Sequence record: OX457022
DNA length: 44,532 nt
Direction: 5' to 3' (one strand)
DNA from: Escherichia phage vB_EcoP-CC1
Shown here: positions 8,741 through 19,425 of the stretch, in pieces
How the letters are laid out: the number at the start of each line of letters is the position of its first letter
How positions within the stretch are numbered: the first letter of the stretch is position 1
The notes under the pieces: model-generated
Told to the model about the DNA's origin: nothing
The model's database searches: none
The model's input: only the letters and a program-made list of their open reading frames with translations
Program-made: the position numbers and the translations under genes

Positions 8741-9481
8741 ATGCCTTTAATTCAAAATACAAGTGATGTTGGACGTATCATGGCTGAGGCTTCCTTCAAT
8801 ATCATTGATAGCAAACTGGAAGCAGTTAACCTGTGTATGCGAGCTATCGGTCGTGAGGGTGTGGATTCCCTTGACTCTGGCGACTTAGATGCTGAAGATG
8901 CTAATAAGATTATTGATATTGTCTCACAACGTTTCCAGTACAATAAAGGTGGTGGTTGGTGGTTTAACAGGGAACCTAATTGGCTGCTTAAACCTGATAC
9001 CAACGGCGAAGTGAATATGCCAAACAATTGCCTTGCGGTACTCCAGTGTTACGCCCTAGGTGAACGTAAAGTACCTATGACTATACGAGCAGGCAAGTTG
9101 TATTCTGTTTGGAATCACACTTTCGACATGTCAAAGTATGTGAATCAGGATGGGCGTATTAGGTTGACTCTGGTAACATTACTACCTTTTGAGCATCTAC
9201 CTGCAAGTGTTATGCAAGCTATTGCCTATCAAGCTGCCGTAGAGTTTATTGTGTCTAAGGATGCTGATAAGACTAAGTTACAAGCACACCAGCAGATCGC
9301 AGCACAGCTTATGATTGATGTTCAGTCAGAGCAGTCTTCTCAGAAGAGACTCAATATGCTTGTACATAACCCTACTCAGCGCAACTTCGGAATCATGGCA
9401 GGTGGCTCACAGAATGTACCAGCATTCTCCTATTCCCCTTATGATACTTACCCTGTAAGGCCGTGGGAGGTTGATCGCTGA
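8741..9481 (+). CDS. Tail tubular protein A (gp11-like)
   Basis: Called from synteny after the capsid gene, the SD AGGAGGG and the size. Confidence 0.75.
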   Translation: MPLIQNTSDVGRIMAEASFNIIDSKLEAVNLCMRAIGREGVDSLDSGDLDAEDANKIIDIVSQRFQYNKGGGWWFNREPNWLLKPDTNGEVNMPNNCLAVLQCYALGERKVPMTIRAGKLYSVWNHTFDMSKYVNQDGRIRLTLVTLLPFEHLPASVMQAIAYQAAVEFIVSKDADKTKLQAHQQIAAQLMIDVQSEQSSQKRLNMLVHNPTQRNFGIMAGGSQNVPAFSYSPYDTYPVRPWEVDR

Positions 9482-11886
9482 TGGAAGTGCAAGGCTCATT
9501 AGGTCGTCAGATTCAAGGTATTAGCCAACAACCAGCAGCAGTGCGGTTAGATGGGCAATGTACCGATATGGTTAATATGGTTCCAGATGTAGTCAACGGT
9601 ACACAATCTCGCATGGGGAGTGTGCACATTGCAAAGCTACTGGACTCCGGCAGTGACAATATGGCAACACATCACTATCGAAGAGGCGATGGTGATGAGG
9701 AATACTTCTTTGTTTTAAAGAAAGGTAGTTTGCCGGAAATCTTTGACAAGCAAGGCCGTAGGTGTAATGTGACAACAAGGGATGCTCCTTTAGATTATCT
9801 AAAAGAAGTAGTAAATCCACGAGAAGATGTACAGTTTATGACTATTGCAGATGTCACATTTATGCTGAATAGGAGAAAGGTCGTAAAGACAAGGTCTGCA
9901 CGGTCGCCTAAGATCGGTAACACTGCCTTAGTTTTTAGTGCCTATGGTCAGTATGGGACTACATATCGTATAAAGATTAACAACGTTACAGCGGCAGAGT
10001 ACAGAACTGCAAATGGTGGAGAGGCTAGTGACATTAGTACAATCAGAACCGAAAGGATAGCAAGGGAGTTGTATGAGAAACTGCTCGCTTGGGAAGGTGC
10101 TGCCGATTATAAATTCAGTCGTGATGAGAATGTCATAACCATTAGTACTGTGGACGGTTCTACTGATTTTACTGTATCTACTAATGATGGTGCGAAAGGG
10201 CAAGACTTAGTTGCAATTAAATATAAGGTAACGTCTACTGACCTCCTACCTTCTAGAGCACCCGCTGGTTACAAAGTTCAAGTCTGGCCTACAGGAAGTA
10301 AACCAGAGTCCAGATATTGGCTAGAAGCAGAGAAGAAAGAAGGCAGCTTGGTTACTTGGAAAGAAACCATTGCAGCAGATGTCCTTCTAGGTTTTGATAA
10401 AGCCACAATGCCTTACCTTATAGAGCGCACAGATATTATAGATGGGATAGCGCAGTTCACTATAAGGCAGGGAGATTGGGAAGACCGCAAGGTTGGTGAT
10501 GACCTCACTAACCCCATGCCGTCCTTCATTGATAAAGAGAACCCACAAACTATAGGCGGCATGTTTATGGTACAGAATAGGCTCTGTGTAACAGCAGGAG
10601 AGGCTGTCATAGCTACTAGGACTTCTGCGTTCTTTGACTTCTTTCGCTACTCAGCAGTGGCTAGCGTTGCTACTGACCCGTTTGATGTGTTCTCAGATGC
10701 AAGTGAAGTCTATCAGCTAAAACATGCAGTTACTCTGGATGGTGCTACGGTCTTATTTGCTAACAGGTCGCAGTTTACAATCCCTGGAGATAAAGTACTG
10801 GAGAAGTCAAACATCGTATTACAACCAGCGACCACCTTCGAAGTTGACAACAGGGTTCCTCCTGTGGCAACGGGTGAGTCTGTGATGTTTGCTACTAGTG
10901 AGGGTGCTTACTCTGGTATCCGTGAGTTTTACACAGATTCATATAGCGATACGAAGAAGGCACAGGCTATTACTAGTCATGTGAATAAGTTGATACAAGG
11001 TAACATCACTCACATGGTTGCCAGTACCAATATTAACAGGCTACTCGTGATTACAGACAAAGACCCCAATATCGTCTATTGTTATGATTGGTTGTGGCAA
11101 GGGACAGACCGTGTACAATCCGCATGGCATAAGTGGGTGTGGCCTAAAAATACTCTGATACGATCTATGTTCTACTCTTCGGAGGCTTTGTATCTTCTAG
11201 TAGAAAGAGGCAATACGGGTGTCTACTTAGAGGTGATGGATATGGGGGATGCCCTCACATACGGATTGGTTGATAGGATAAGATTAGATAGGCAGGCAGA
11301 GCTTATCTTTACTTATGACTCTTACAACTCCCAGTGGGTATCAAATCCTTTACCTTGGATACCAACAGACACTACATTGCTAGATTGTGTACTGACCACA
11401 GGGTGGCCTGCTTATATTGGTGGGGCTTTTGGTTTCGAATATGATGCAGGTAGCAACACACTACGGACTACATTTGATTTAGCTGATGAGCAATCTAACG
11501 CTATCGTAGTGGTCGGACAGTTGTATCAACAGGAGTTTGAACCTACGCAAGTGGTTATCAGGGATAATCAAGATAGAGTCTCCTATATAGATGTACCTGT
11601 GGTTGGGTTAGTGCACCTTAATCTGGATAAATACCCTGACTTTGAAGTGCACATTAAGAATTTGAAAAGTGGAAAGGTGCGAAAAGCACTAGCCTCTAAT
11701 CGCAAAGGTGGTGCACTGAATAACATCGTGGGATATGTTAAACCTGAAGAGGGTTCTTTTAAGTTCCCCCTTAGGTCGCTAAGTACCGACACGGTTTATA
11801 GGATAGTTGTCAAATCACCTCACACTTTTCAACTAAGAGATATTGAGTGGGAGGGTTCGTATAACCCAACTAAGAGGAGGGTATAA
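9481..11886 (+). CDS. Tail tubular protein B (gp12-like)
   Basis: It is 801 aa, comparable to T7 gp12, and is coupled by a TGATG overlap. Confidence 0.8.
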   Translation: MEVQGSLGRQIQGISQQPAAVRLDGQCTDMVNMVPDVVNGTQSRMGSVHIAKLLDSGSDNMATHHYRRGDGDEEYFFVLKKGSLPEIFDKQGRRCNVTTRDAPLDYLKEVVNPREDVQFMTIADVTFMLNRRKVVKTRSARSPKIGNTALVFSAYGQYGTTYRIKINNVTAAEYRTANGGEASDISTIRTERIARELYEKLLAWEGAADYKFSRDENVITISTVDGSTDFTVSTNDGAKGQDLVAIKYKVTSTDLLPSRAPAGYKVQVWPTGSKPESRYWLEAEKKEGSLVTWKETIAADVLLGFDKATMPYLIERTDIIDGIAQFTIRQGDWEDRKVGDDLTNPMPSFIDKENPQTIGGMFMVQNRLCVTAGEAVIATRTSAFFDFFRYSAVASVATDPFDVFSDASEVYQLKHAVTLDGATVLFANRSQFTIPGDKVLEKSNIVLQPATTFEVDNRVPPVATGESVMFATSEGAYSGIREFYTDSYSDTKKAQAITSHVNKLIQGNITHMVASTNINRLLVITDKDPNIVYCYDWLWQGTDRVQSAWHKWVWPKNTLIRSMFYSSEALYLLVERGNTGVYLEVMDMGDALTYGLVDRIRLDRQAELIFTYDSYNSQWVSNPLPWIPTDTTLLDCVLTTGWPAYIGGAFGFEYDAGSNTLRTTFDLADEQSNAIVVVGQLYQQEFEPTQVVIRDNQDRVSYIDVPVVGLVHLNLDKYPDFEVHIKNLKSGKVRKALASNRKGGALNNIVGYVKPEEGSFKFPLRSLSTDTVYRIVVKSPHTFQLRDIEWEGSYNPTKRRV

Positions 11887-12611
11887 TGGCGATAATGGCG
11901 ACAGTAGGGTCAAGCCTAGCCAGCATGTTCTCCAGTAGTGCAGGTGCTGCGGCTGCTAGTAGTGCTGCTGGTAGTGCCGCCGCTGGAAGTGGTGGTGTAC
12001 TTGGCTCTATCGGAAGTTTCTTAGGTGGAAGCTCTGCTGGCTTTTCTAATGCAGGTTTGTTGTCTGCTGGACTACAAGGCTTAAACTTACTAGGCGGTCT
12101 ATTCGGTGGACGAGATACCGCTAAGGCTATGCAGAAAGCACAAGAAGAAGAATGGAGACAAAGGCTAGAAGCCACACGTGAAGCCTATTCTTCTGTGGCA
12201 GATGCAGAGCGGGCTGCTGCAAAGCAATATCATTCTGACTTCCTTAGTAATCAAATTTCACTGATGCAGCAACGAGCGCAAGTTGCAGTAATGGCAGGCG
12301 CTACTGGAACAGGTGGTAGCTCCATCACATCCATGCTCAATGATTTGACGGCAGAAGGCGGTCGCAATCAGTCAACCATTATAGATAATTATGAGAATCA
12401 GCAAATCAACTTTGCCAACCAGTTGAAGTCTATTCAACGCAGTGGACAGATGCAGATGCGAACGTTTGACAAACCTTCCGCTTTGGGTACTTTGGTGAAA
12501 GGAATACCAAGCATTGCATCTTCCTATGTCACCGGAAGTAAAGCAGGTATGGCACTTGGCAAGGCTATCACTGAGTCTCGTACTTATTCATCAGGAACTA
12601 GAGGAGTTTAA
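11886..12611 (+). CDS. Internal virion protein A (gp14-position)
   Basis: It has a Gly/Ala/Ser-rich hydrophobic N-terminus and sits in the gp14 position. Confidence 0.65.
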   Translation: MAIMATVGSSLASMFSSSAGAAAASSAAGSAAAGSGGVLGSIGSFLGGSSAGFSNAGLLSAGLQGLNLLGGLFGGRDTAKAMQKAQEEEWRQRLEATREAYSSVADAERAAAKQYHSDFLSNQISLMQQRAQVAVMAGATGTGGSSITSMLNDLTAEGGRNQSTIIDNYENQQINFANQLKSIQRSGQMQMRTFDKPSALGTLVKGIPSIASSYVTGSKAGMALGKAITESRTYSSGTRGV

Positions 12612-15554
12612 ATGGCAATTGAACGTCAAGCTGTACAAGGACTAGAAAGAGTACAGTCAAGGGGCGCGCCAACACCTATGTCTTTCACACCACGACAAGT
12701 GAGTATCTCAGGGGGCGCGGATGCCTCCGGTAGTAGATTTTTGGAAGACTTAGTAAACGCTGCAAGTAGTGTGGCTGATGTCACTACTGCTATCCTTAAT
12801 CAGCAAGTAGAAGACGATAAGGTTCGCCAGATGGATAGGGCTTTATCTGGCATGATGCCTTCTGAGGATGCTACGGTAGGTGGTGCTCGTGCGCATATGC
12901 TGGTTAGTTTACAAAATGATGTAATCGCACAGACAACTGCGCTACAAGTAGAAGCACAGCGATTTCAAGGTAGTGACGAGGATTGGGAAAACTATGTAGT
13001 TCAATCTCGTAATGAGGTACAAAATAGGTTATGGCAAAGTTATCCAGAGCTTCGTGGTGACAAAGATTCTATGAGACTTGTCACTAACGCGTTCATGGAG
13101 CAGCAACCTAGAATTACTGCAACTAGAGCAGAGGCTAAACTTCGTCAAGAAGAAGAAGCACGAATGCAATCTATGCAGTCTCGTATTATCATGGCTACAC
13201 GGGACGTAGCGCCAGATGCCACTGGTGCAGCACTCATCCAGTTACAAAAAGAAGCACTGGCGATGGGTCTTAGTAAACCTGAGTTTGATCAGATGGTTGC
13301 TAAGATTGCATCTGACAGAGCGGCAGTAGGAGATGATAGTCTTATTCAGGGAACCAAAGCACTGGTGGATGATAAGGGTGTCTCTTTGTATGACCGTGTT
13401 GGTGCTTTGCAAACTGGAGAGATTCAAGCTAACAGAGCTTGGGCTGCGCAGAATCAGGTTGCCCTCTTTGAGAAGAAGGATGCAGCTATAAAGGCATTCG
13501 ATGCAGGGCAACTTACTCGTGAAGAGTTACTTCAGGTGATGCAGAATCACAATGAATTGACTGGTGGTACTGCTTGGTCTGATAGCGAGATCAAGGCTAT
13601 CTTCGATAGGCAAGCTAAGGCTAATGCAGAGAAAGCAAAGCTCGAAGATCTTATTGCACGAGGTGAATCTGGGTCGCCTTTAGGTTTACAGGATATTAGT
13701 AAGGATGACAGAAAATCCTATGCTGAAGCCTTAGTTAGTACCTACACTAAGTTGGCAGAAGATGAAATTGCCCGTACTGGTGCAACGGGAGAACAGGCTG
13801 AAGCTATTCGCGGTAGGTATGAGCAGATGCGTTATCTTAAATTAGGGCAACAACTTATTGAAGACCCAATCATTAAGGAAAGATATTCGTCGCTTATGCA
13901 ATTATCCTCTGCCAACCTTAAAGATATGAATGTTGAGCCTGAAGCATTACAGACCATCATGCGAGCGCGGGACTCTATTCCAGAGGATGCACGTCGTGCT
14001 GTCATGGGAGACAAAGAGTATGCCTTTGTAGAGAACTACGACCTAGCAACTCGCATGGGGTATAACGCAGGTCAAGCTATTGAGTTTGCACAGAATGCCT
14101 CTCGTGGAGAGAAGCTACAAGGTTCTGTACTTAAAGAACTGAATGATGATGTAGATGGAGTTGTAAGTGATGTGGCAGGAGGTAGTTGGCTTACTCGTGG
14201 CGATAATATGAGTGAGATGGGTCGTGACATTATGATGGAGGAGGCAAGTACAATTGCGAGAGCAATGAAGGTTGCAGGTCATAATAATGACACGATTAAA
14301 CGTCATCTTAAATCCTATTTGACGAGCCAGTATACACAGTTATCAGAGGGCTTCTTCACCCAAGGTGTTCTGGTGAAAGGTGATGTACGAACATTAGGTG
14401 ACACTATAGGAGTAAACCAGAATGACCTTCCTATGGCGCTACGTCAATATATGGATAACAACAAGCAAGCACTTCTTGATGCATCAGGTGGCTTAGAAGA
14501 GGGTGATTTGTATTTTGATGTAGATGCGCAGCGGGGACTCTTTACCATACGTGCAGGGTCTGGTCGTGTACCTGTTACGCAGGCAATGCCTTTGTCTGAA
14601 ATCAAAGGGCAGTCCTTGCTTAAGCAAAGATATGATGCAGAGGTTAAAGCCCGTGATGAGGGGCGTAAGAATTTTGAAGCACAGCAAATGAGGATGTGGG
14701 GCGCAGGTGGCTACCAAGCACAACCACCTGCAAAGACTACAGCCAAAACTGTAGGCTCCCGTGGGATTGCTGACTTCTTAATGTCACCTGCCTTTGCATC
14801 AGGCGAGAATCTACCAGCAAACTTTGAGTTTGGATATAAGAGGAATAATATGGACTTCTACAATTATGTAGCCAAGATGGAGAATAATGCCAATGTGGGC
14901 TTTGACCGAGTAGCTGGTGTTTATACACCATACAAAGATGCACATGGTCAATCTGTCGGGTACGGTCACTTCCTTACTACTGAAGAGAAGAAGAACGGAT
15001 ACATTATGATTGGTACAGAGAAAGTGCCATTCACTCCGGGACAATCTCAATTAACACCAGAACGAGCCATGCGCCTTCTACAGCAAGACTTGAAGAGTCA
15101 TGTGCCAAACACTTCAGGGTGGGCTGTTCCATTCGAAGAGATGCACCCAGGTGTTCAGCGTGGCCTTATGGACTTGTCCTATAATTTAGGCAAAGGAGGT
15201 ATCCAGAATGCACCTAAAGCCTATGTTGCGTTTAAGGCTGGCAAGTTTACTGATGGATTTATTGAGATGTTATCTACTGCATCTACTGAAGGTAAGCGTA
15301 GTACTGGGTTGTTGGTTCGTAGAGCAGAAGCATACAACCTTGCACAGAGTGGAGGTGCTATTCCTAAGATTAGTGAAGTAGAGACACGAGCCGATGGGTC
15401 TATGTATGTTAAGTTTGCAGGACAGATGTCAGAGGCTTTCGTAAATAAATCAATCTACAATCAGATTGGTAAGGATGGATGGCTGCAAGTGTACCCTCCA
15501 AAACAAGGTGTACTTGCACCTAACACCAAGATTGGTAGAATCAAACTAAGCTAG
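12612..15554 (+). CDS. Internal virion protein B with a C-terminal lysozyme-like (GH24-type) domain
   Basis: It occupies the gp15 position. The C-terminus carries MENNANVGFDRVAGVYTPYKDAHGQSVGYGHF, which fits the T4-lysozyme-like E...D...T/GYGH pattern. Confidence 0.75.
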   Translation: MAIERQAVQGLERVQSRGAPTPMSFTPRQVSISGGADASGSRFLEDLVNAASSVADVTTAILNQQVEDDKVRQMDRALSGMMPSEDATVGGARAHMLVSLQNDVIAQTTALQVEAQRFQGSDEDWENYVVQSRNEVQNRLWQSYPELRGDKDSMRLVTNAFMEQQPRITATRAEAKLRQEEEARMQSMQSRIIMATRDVAPDATGAALIQLQKEALAMGLSKPEFDQMVAKIASDRAAVGDDSLIQGTKALVDDKGVSLYDRVGALQTGEIQANRAWAAQNQVALFEKKDAAIKAFDAGQLTREELLQVMQNHNELTGGTAWSDSEIKAIFDRQAKANAEKAKLEDLIARGESGSPLGLQDISKDDRKSYAEALVSTYTKLAEDEIARTGATGEQAEAIRGRYEQMRYLKLGQQLIEDPIIKERYSSLMQLSSANLKDMNVEPEALQTIMRARDSIPEDARRAVMGDKEYAFVENYDLATRMGYNAGQAIEFAQNASRGEKLQGSVLKELNDDVDGVVSDVAGGSWLTRGDNMSEMGRDIMMEEASTIARAMKVAGHNNDTIKRHLKSYLTSQYTQLSEGFFTQGVLVKGDVRTLGDTIGVNQNDLPMALRQYMDNNKQALLDASGGLEEGDLYFDVDAQRGLFTIRAGSGRVPVTQAMPLSEIKGQSLLKQRYDAEVKARDEGRKNFEAQQMRMWGAGGYQAQPPAKTTAKTVGSRGIADFLMSPAFASGENLPANFEFGYKRNNMDFYNYVAKMENNANVGFDRVAGVYTPYKDAHGQSVGYGHFLTTEEKKNGYIMIGTEKVPFTPGQSQLTPERAMRLLQQDLKSHVPNTSGWAVPFEEMHPGVQRGLMDLSYNLGKGGIQNAPKAYVAFKAGKFTDGFIEMLSTASTEGKRSTGLLVRRAEAYNLAQSGGAIPKISEVETRADGSMYVKFAGQMSEAFVNKSIYNQIGKDGWLQVYPPKQGVLAPNTKIGRIKLS

Positions 15555-15557
15555 TGG

Positions 15558-15601
15558 TATACTCAAGGTTTGTCTCACATGTGAGACATGCCTTTATGAA
15601 T
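15558..15601 (+). promoter_or_regulatory. RNase III-like hairpin with a palindrome apex (TATACTCAAGGT-tTGTCTCACATGTGAGACAt-GCCTTTATGAAT)
   Basis: It is intergenic. The flanks are identical to those of the hairpin at 41961-41996 and resemble the T7 R0.3 segment CTCAAGGGT...GCCCTTTATGAT (recalled). Confidence 0.55.
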
Positions 15602-15621
15602 GACACTGACTAGGAGGTAAC

Positions 15622-18600
15622 ATGGTTGATAGTATTAACCAAAACTGGGTGGCGGTGACTCAACGCAAGTTACCGCCTACCTTCTCTCAAATTGCTGAAG
15701 CTGAGCGTAAGGCTGAAGCCCAGAGAGCTAATGATAAAGTGTTTCAAACAGCATTAGAAAGTGAGTGGGCTTTATATGGCGGACAACGTGCCTATGAACG
15801 CCACACTACAGAGTTTGCTGAACAAGAAGGCTATGAAGTGCCTGAGTCAACTAAGGATGAGTTATCCAAGTTGTATGGGTATGAAATAGCGCAAGACATA
15901 GTTAAGAATGTAAAGTCTCCAGAAGAGTTGCAATTCCGTATGTCTAATGCTGCTGCTGATAAAGACAGAGCAGACATCTTAGCACGTAATGGTTTCACGG
16001 GTTTCAGCGCGCAGATTGCTGCTGGCATCCTTGACCCTGTAGGTTGGGCTGCATCCTTAGTGGCTGCGCCTGTAGCGGGTGCTGTCAAAGTAGGTAGGCT
16101 AGGTAGGATTATCAAGACGGCTGCCTTATCAGGTGCTGAAAATGCTGCATTAGAAGCTATACTTGCACAAGGTGATTACCAGCGAGGGGTTGATGATGTA
16201 CTGGCTGCTGCCGGATTTGGTATGATTATGGGCGGCACTATTGGTGCTGCAACCAGAGAGCGCATAGCCAGTGCTGGTTCTCGTACAGCGGCAGAACGAG
16301 CAGATGCTGTAGTTGATGACTTGGACACTGTAGTAAAAGGTGCTGATGAATTTGACTCGTCTGCGGCTCGTGCTGTACGTGAAGCTATGGAATATGACGC
16401 GTATATGGCAGCGCGTAATTACGAACCACTTCGTGCAAGAGAGGTAGATGCAGACATGGCGATTCTGTCTCACACAGACAATTTGAAAGCCAATGCATCG
16501 GTAAGGATGAGTGCTAGTGAGAAGGGGCAACTGAAGAAGCAGATACGTCAGCTTGAAGCAGAAGCAGCAACACTTAAAGGGAAGAAGATAGACACTGTAG
16601 CGGAAGCTGCGGCTGCTAAGGGTGCACCTAAATCTGCTGCTGACAGATTAGATTTGGATGTTCAGAAGAAAGCATTAGCACGTAGATTTGATGAACCACT
16701 GGCAGACTTACAAGCGCGTCTTGATGAGTTGAATGCTAAATTGTCTCGTGTAAACAATGTAGGCAAAGCCAAGGAAGAGCTTAAGAGATTCTCATCGCTA
16801 TCTCGTGAAGAGCAAATAAAGGAGTTAGGTCTAGACGCACCAGTGCGCAAGGTAGAGATGACCCGTGCCGTGCGAGATGCAATTGACGCAATCCGTGCCG
16901 AGCGTAAGAAGACGCCTACCGAAATACATGCTGAACAAGTCGCAGAAGATGCAATTAAGCAAAGGGCAGACGACTCTGTTGGTGCTAAACGTGTTGAAGG
17001 TTCAGAGATTGCAGGTGAACAGTTTGACCTATCTAAAAACATGGAAGAACTTATGGATGACTTGGCACGAGAAGCATACCAGTCAGAGGTGCGGCCTATT
17101 AATCTTAAGGGTTTAGGTTCAGTGTCTTCTGTGATTCTTAACTCAGAGAATCCTGTGTTCCGAGGCCTAGGTCTTCGTCTGCTTGAAAATGCTCAAGGTG
17201 GTGCATATCAAGGTAAGACAGCTTCTATCTTATCAGATGTGTATGGCAACCTTATTCGTCATGCAGAACGTAACAGATACAATGATGGCTTCTCTCAGTT
17301 CATCAAAGATAATAACCTACGTGCGGTAGACTATCTTAACCCTGCAACGACAAGGGATTTCAATAATCAGATTTATACAGCAATTGTTCGTGGCATACCA
17401 GAAGATACACCTCGTGGTGTTAAACTGGCAGCCGAAGGTATTGCAGATAAGCTCAAGAAAGCACTGGAGATTCGTAAGCAAGCAGGTGAGCGAGGCTTCG
17501 AGGATGTGCAATCTGCTAAAGATTATATTCCCGTTATCTACGATGGTATCAAGATCACAGAGGCAGTTAACAAGTTAGGTAGTAGTGAAGCTGTCATTCA
17601 CTTGCTATCTAAAGGGTATCAGACAGGCAAGTACAAACTTGGCAAGAAAGCTGCTGATGCACTAGCCAAAGTTCAGTATATTCGCGCATCTGACTCCACC
17701 CTCTCTAGTCGTGTTGCATTCGATAGGGTGGTATCCCAGCAGCAGCAGGCTCAATTGATTGAGGATCTGAAGAAAGCAGGAGTACCAGACCATATCATTG
17801 ATAATTTCATTGAAGGTACGGAATTAGCAGAAATGGCTGAATCGGTATCCAATCGAGCTAAAGCTAGTATGGGTATTAATACGCAAGCCGAATATGGCGG
17901 TTTGAAGGTGCAGGATTTGCTTAATACAAACGTAGGCGAGCTAGCTGAGAACTACGGCAAAGAGGCAGCAGGCGGTGCTGCATTAGCTGCCATGGGTTTC
18001 CCCACTCGCCAGTCTGTGCTGAATGCGATAGATGCCGCAGAACGCGCAGGTCGTAATATGGCGGGGTCAAATGCTAAGGCAATCAAACAGCTTAGGGCTG
18101 AGGCAGAAATGCTCAGAGATGCCGTTAAGCTCATTTACGGCAACACTATTGACGCCGACCCTAACTCTGGAATTGTCAGGGGCACTCGACGTGTCCGTGA
18201 GATTACAGGCTTGTTACGATTGGGTCAAATGGGCTTCGCTCAGATACCAGAACTGGCACGTGCAATCTCTAAGATGGGATTAGGTACTGTGCTGAAGTCC
18301 ATACCTGCCACGAAGTTCTTACGTTCAAGGGCGGCTCGTAAGGGAGGAACAGCTCAAGGTGAATTACTTGAACCTGAACTGCGAGAAATGGAGGAACTCT
18401 TAGGCTATATCGGGGAAGATAACTGGCTTACAGGGTGGAACGTCCGTCATGATGAGTTCGGAGAAACTGCTGATAACCTAGGTAAGCTGTCTGCTATTAT
18501 TGATAACGGATTAGCTATGGGTAGTAGAATCAACACAATACTCTCTGGATTTAAAGCAGTACAAGGTGGTTCAGAGAAAATTGTAGCTCGCTCTATCAAT

Positions 18601-19425
18601 AAGAGATTAAAGCAGCACTTGATGGGTGAGAGACAATTACCTAAAGCAGACCTTGAAGAAGTAGGCCTAAGTGAAGATGTCATGAAAAGACTTAAGCGTC
18701 ACTTTGATGACAACCCTCTGTACGCTGAGTACAATGGAGAAAAAGTTCGTATGCTGAACTTTGATGCTATGGAGCCAGACCTGAGAGAGACAGTGGGTGT
18801 TGCTGTGCGAAGAATGTCAGGCCGTCTTATTCAACGTAACTTCATTGGCGATGAAGGTATCTGGATGAATAAATGGTGGGGTAAGGCATTAACGCAGTTT
18901 AAGTCATTCTCTATTGTCTCTATTGAGAAACAGCTAATCCATGATTTACGAGGTGATAAGATTCAGGCTGCACAGATACTTGCATGGTCTACTTTACTAG
19001 GTTATGCATCTTATGCACTACAGATGCAGATGCAAGCGATTGGTAGGGAGGATAGAGACAAGTTCTTGAGGGATAAGTTTGACACACAGAACATCGCTAT
19101 GGGTGTCTTTAATAAACTTCCACAAGTTGCAGGCTTTGGTTTAGCTGGTGATGCTTTGGCAACCTTTGGCCTAATGCCAGACTCCATGATGCAAGCACCG
19201 GGACGCATGGGTTTCCGTCAGCAAGGCTTTGGGGATTTGGTAGCAGGTGCTGGTGTAATAAGTGATACAGTTAATTTGTCACAAGCACTGGTTAAGTATG
19301 CCAGTGGAGACGATGATGTCTCTACGAGGCAGTTGGTAGACAAGGTTCGTCGCCTTGTTCCTTTGGCAAATACTATTGGTGTGGGTCAGATGACTAAAGC
19401 CAGTGTAGATTTATTGGAGGATTGA
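15622..19425 (+). CDS. Internal virion protein C (gp16-position, 1267 aa)
   Basis: Called from size, synteny and the SD TAGGAGG. Confidence 0.8.
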   Translation: MVDSINQNWVAVTQRKLPPTFSQIAEAERKAEAQRANDKVFQTALESEWALYGGQRAYERHTTEFAEQEGYEVPESTKDELSKLYGYEIAQDIVKNVKSPEELQFRMSNAAADKDRADILARNGFTGFSAQIAAGILDPVGWAASLVAAPVAGAVKVGRLGRIIKTAALSGAENAALEAILAQGDYQRGVDDVLAAAGFGMIMGGTIGAATRERIASAGSRTAAERADAVVDDLDTVVKGADEFDSSAARAVREAMEYDAYMAARNYEPLRAREVDADMAILSHTDNLKANASVRMSASEKGQLKKQIRQLEAEAATLKGKKIDTVAEAAAAKGAPKSAADRLDLDVQKKALARRFDEPLADLQARLDELNAKLSRVNNVGKAKEELKRFSSLSREEQIKELGLDAPVRKVEMTRAVRDAIDAIRAERKKTPTEIHAEQVAEDAIKQRADDSVGAKRVEGSEIAGEQFDLSKNMEELMDDLAREAYQSEVRPINLKGLGSVSSVILNSENPVFRGLGLRLLENAQGGAYQGKTASILSDVYGNLIRHAERNRYNDGFSQFIKDNNLRAVDYLNPATTRDFNNQIYTAIVRGIPEDTPRGVKLAAEGIADKLKKALEIRKQAGERGFEDVQSAKDYIPVIYDGIKITEAVNKLGSSEAVIHLLSKGYQTGKYKLGKKAADALAKVQYIRASDSTLSSRVAFDRVVSQQQQAQLIEDLKKAGVPDHIIDNFIEGTELAEMAESVSNRAKASMGINTQAEYGGLKVQDLLNTNVGELAENYGKEAAGGAALAAMGFPTRQSVLNAIDAAERAGRNMAGSNAKAIKQLRAEAEMLRDAVKLIYGNTIDADPNSGIVRGTRRVREITGLLRLGQMGFAQIPELARAISKMGLGTVLKSIPATKFLRSRAARKGGTAQGELLEPELREMEELLGYIGEDNWLTGWNVRHDEFGETADNLGKLSAIIDNGLAMGSRINTILSGFKAVQGGSEKIVARSINKRLKQHLMGERQLPKADLEEVGLSEDVMKRLKRHFDDNPLYAEYNGEKVRMLNFDAMEPDLRETVGVAVRRMSGRLIQRNFIGDEGIWMNKWWGKALTQFKSFSIVSIEKQLIHDLRGDKIQAAQILAWSTLLGYASYALQMQMQAIGREDRDKFLRDKFDTQNIAMGVFNKLPQVAGFGLAGDALATFGLMPDSMMQAPGRMGFRQQGFGDLVAGAGVISDTVNLSQALVKYASGDDDVSTRQLVDKVRRLVPLANTIGVGQMTKASVDLLED

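Noticed and set aside
8921-8929. Isolated half-sites TGTCTCACA inside coding sequence (8921-8929 and 20891-20899) as members of the palindrome family.
   Set aside because: Only one arm is present. A 9-mer is expected about 0.3 times by chance in this genome, so two occurrences are not clearly meaningful.
11886-12175. The Ala/Gly/Ser-rich stretch as a repeat element or a separate gene (it also gives the minus ORF 11870-12175).
   Set aside because: It is the low-complexity hydrophobic N-terminus of the gp14-position internal virion protein, and the reading frame is continuous with the rest of that gene.
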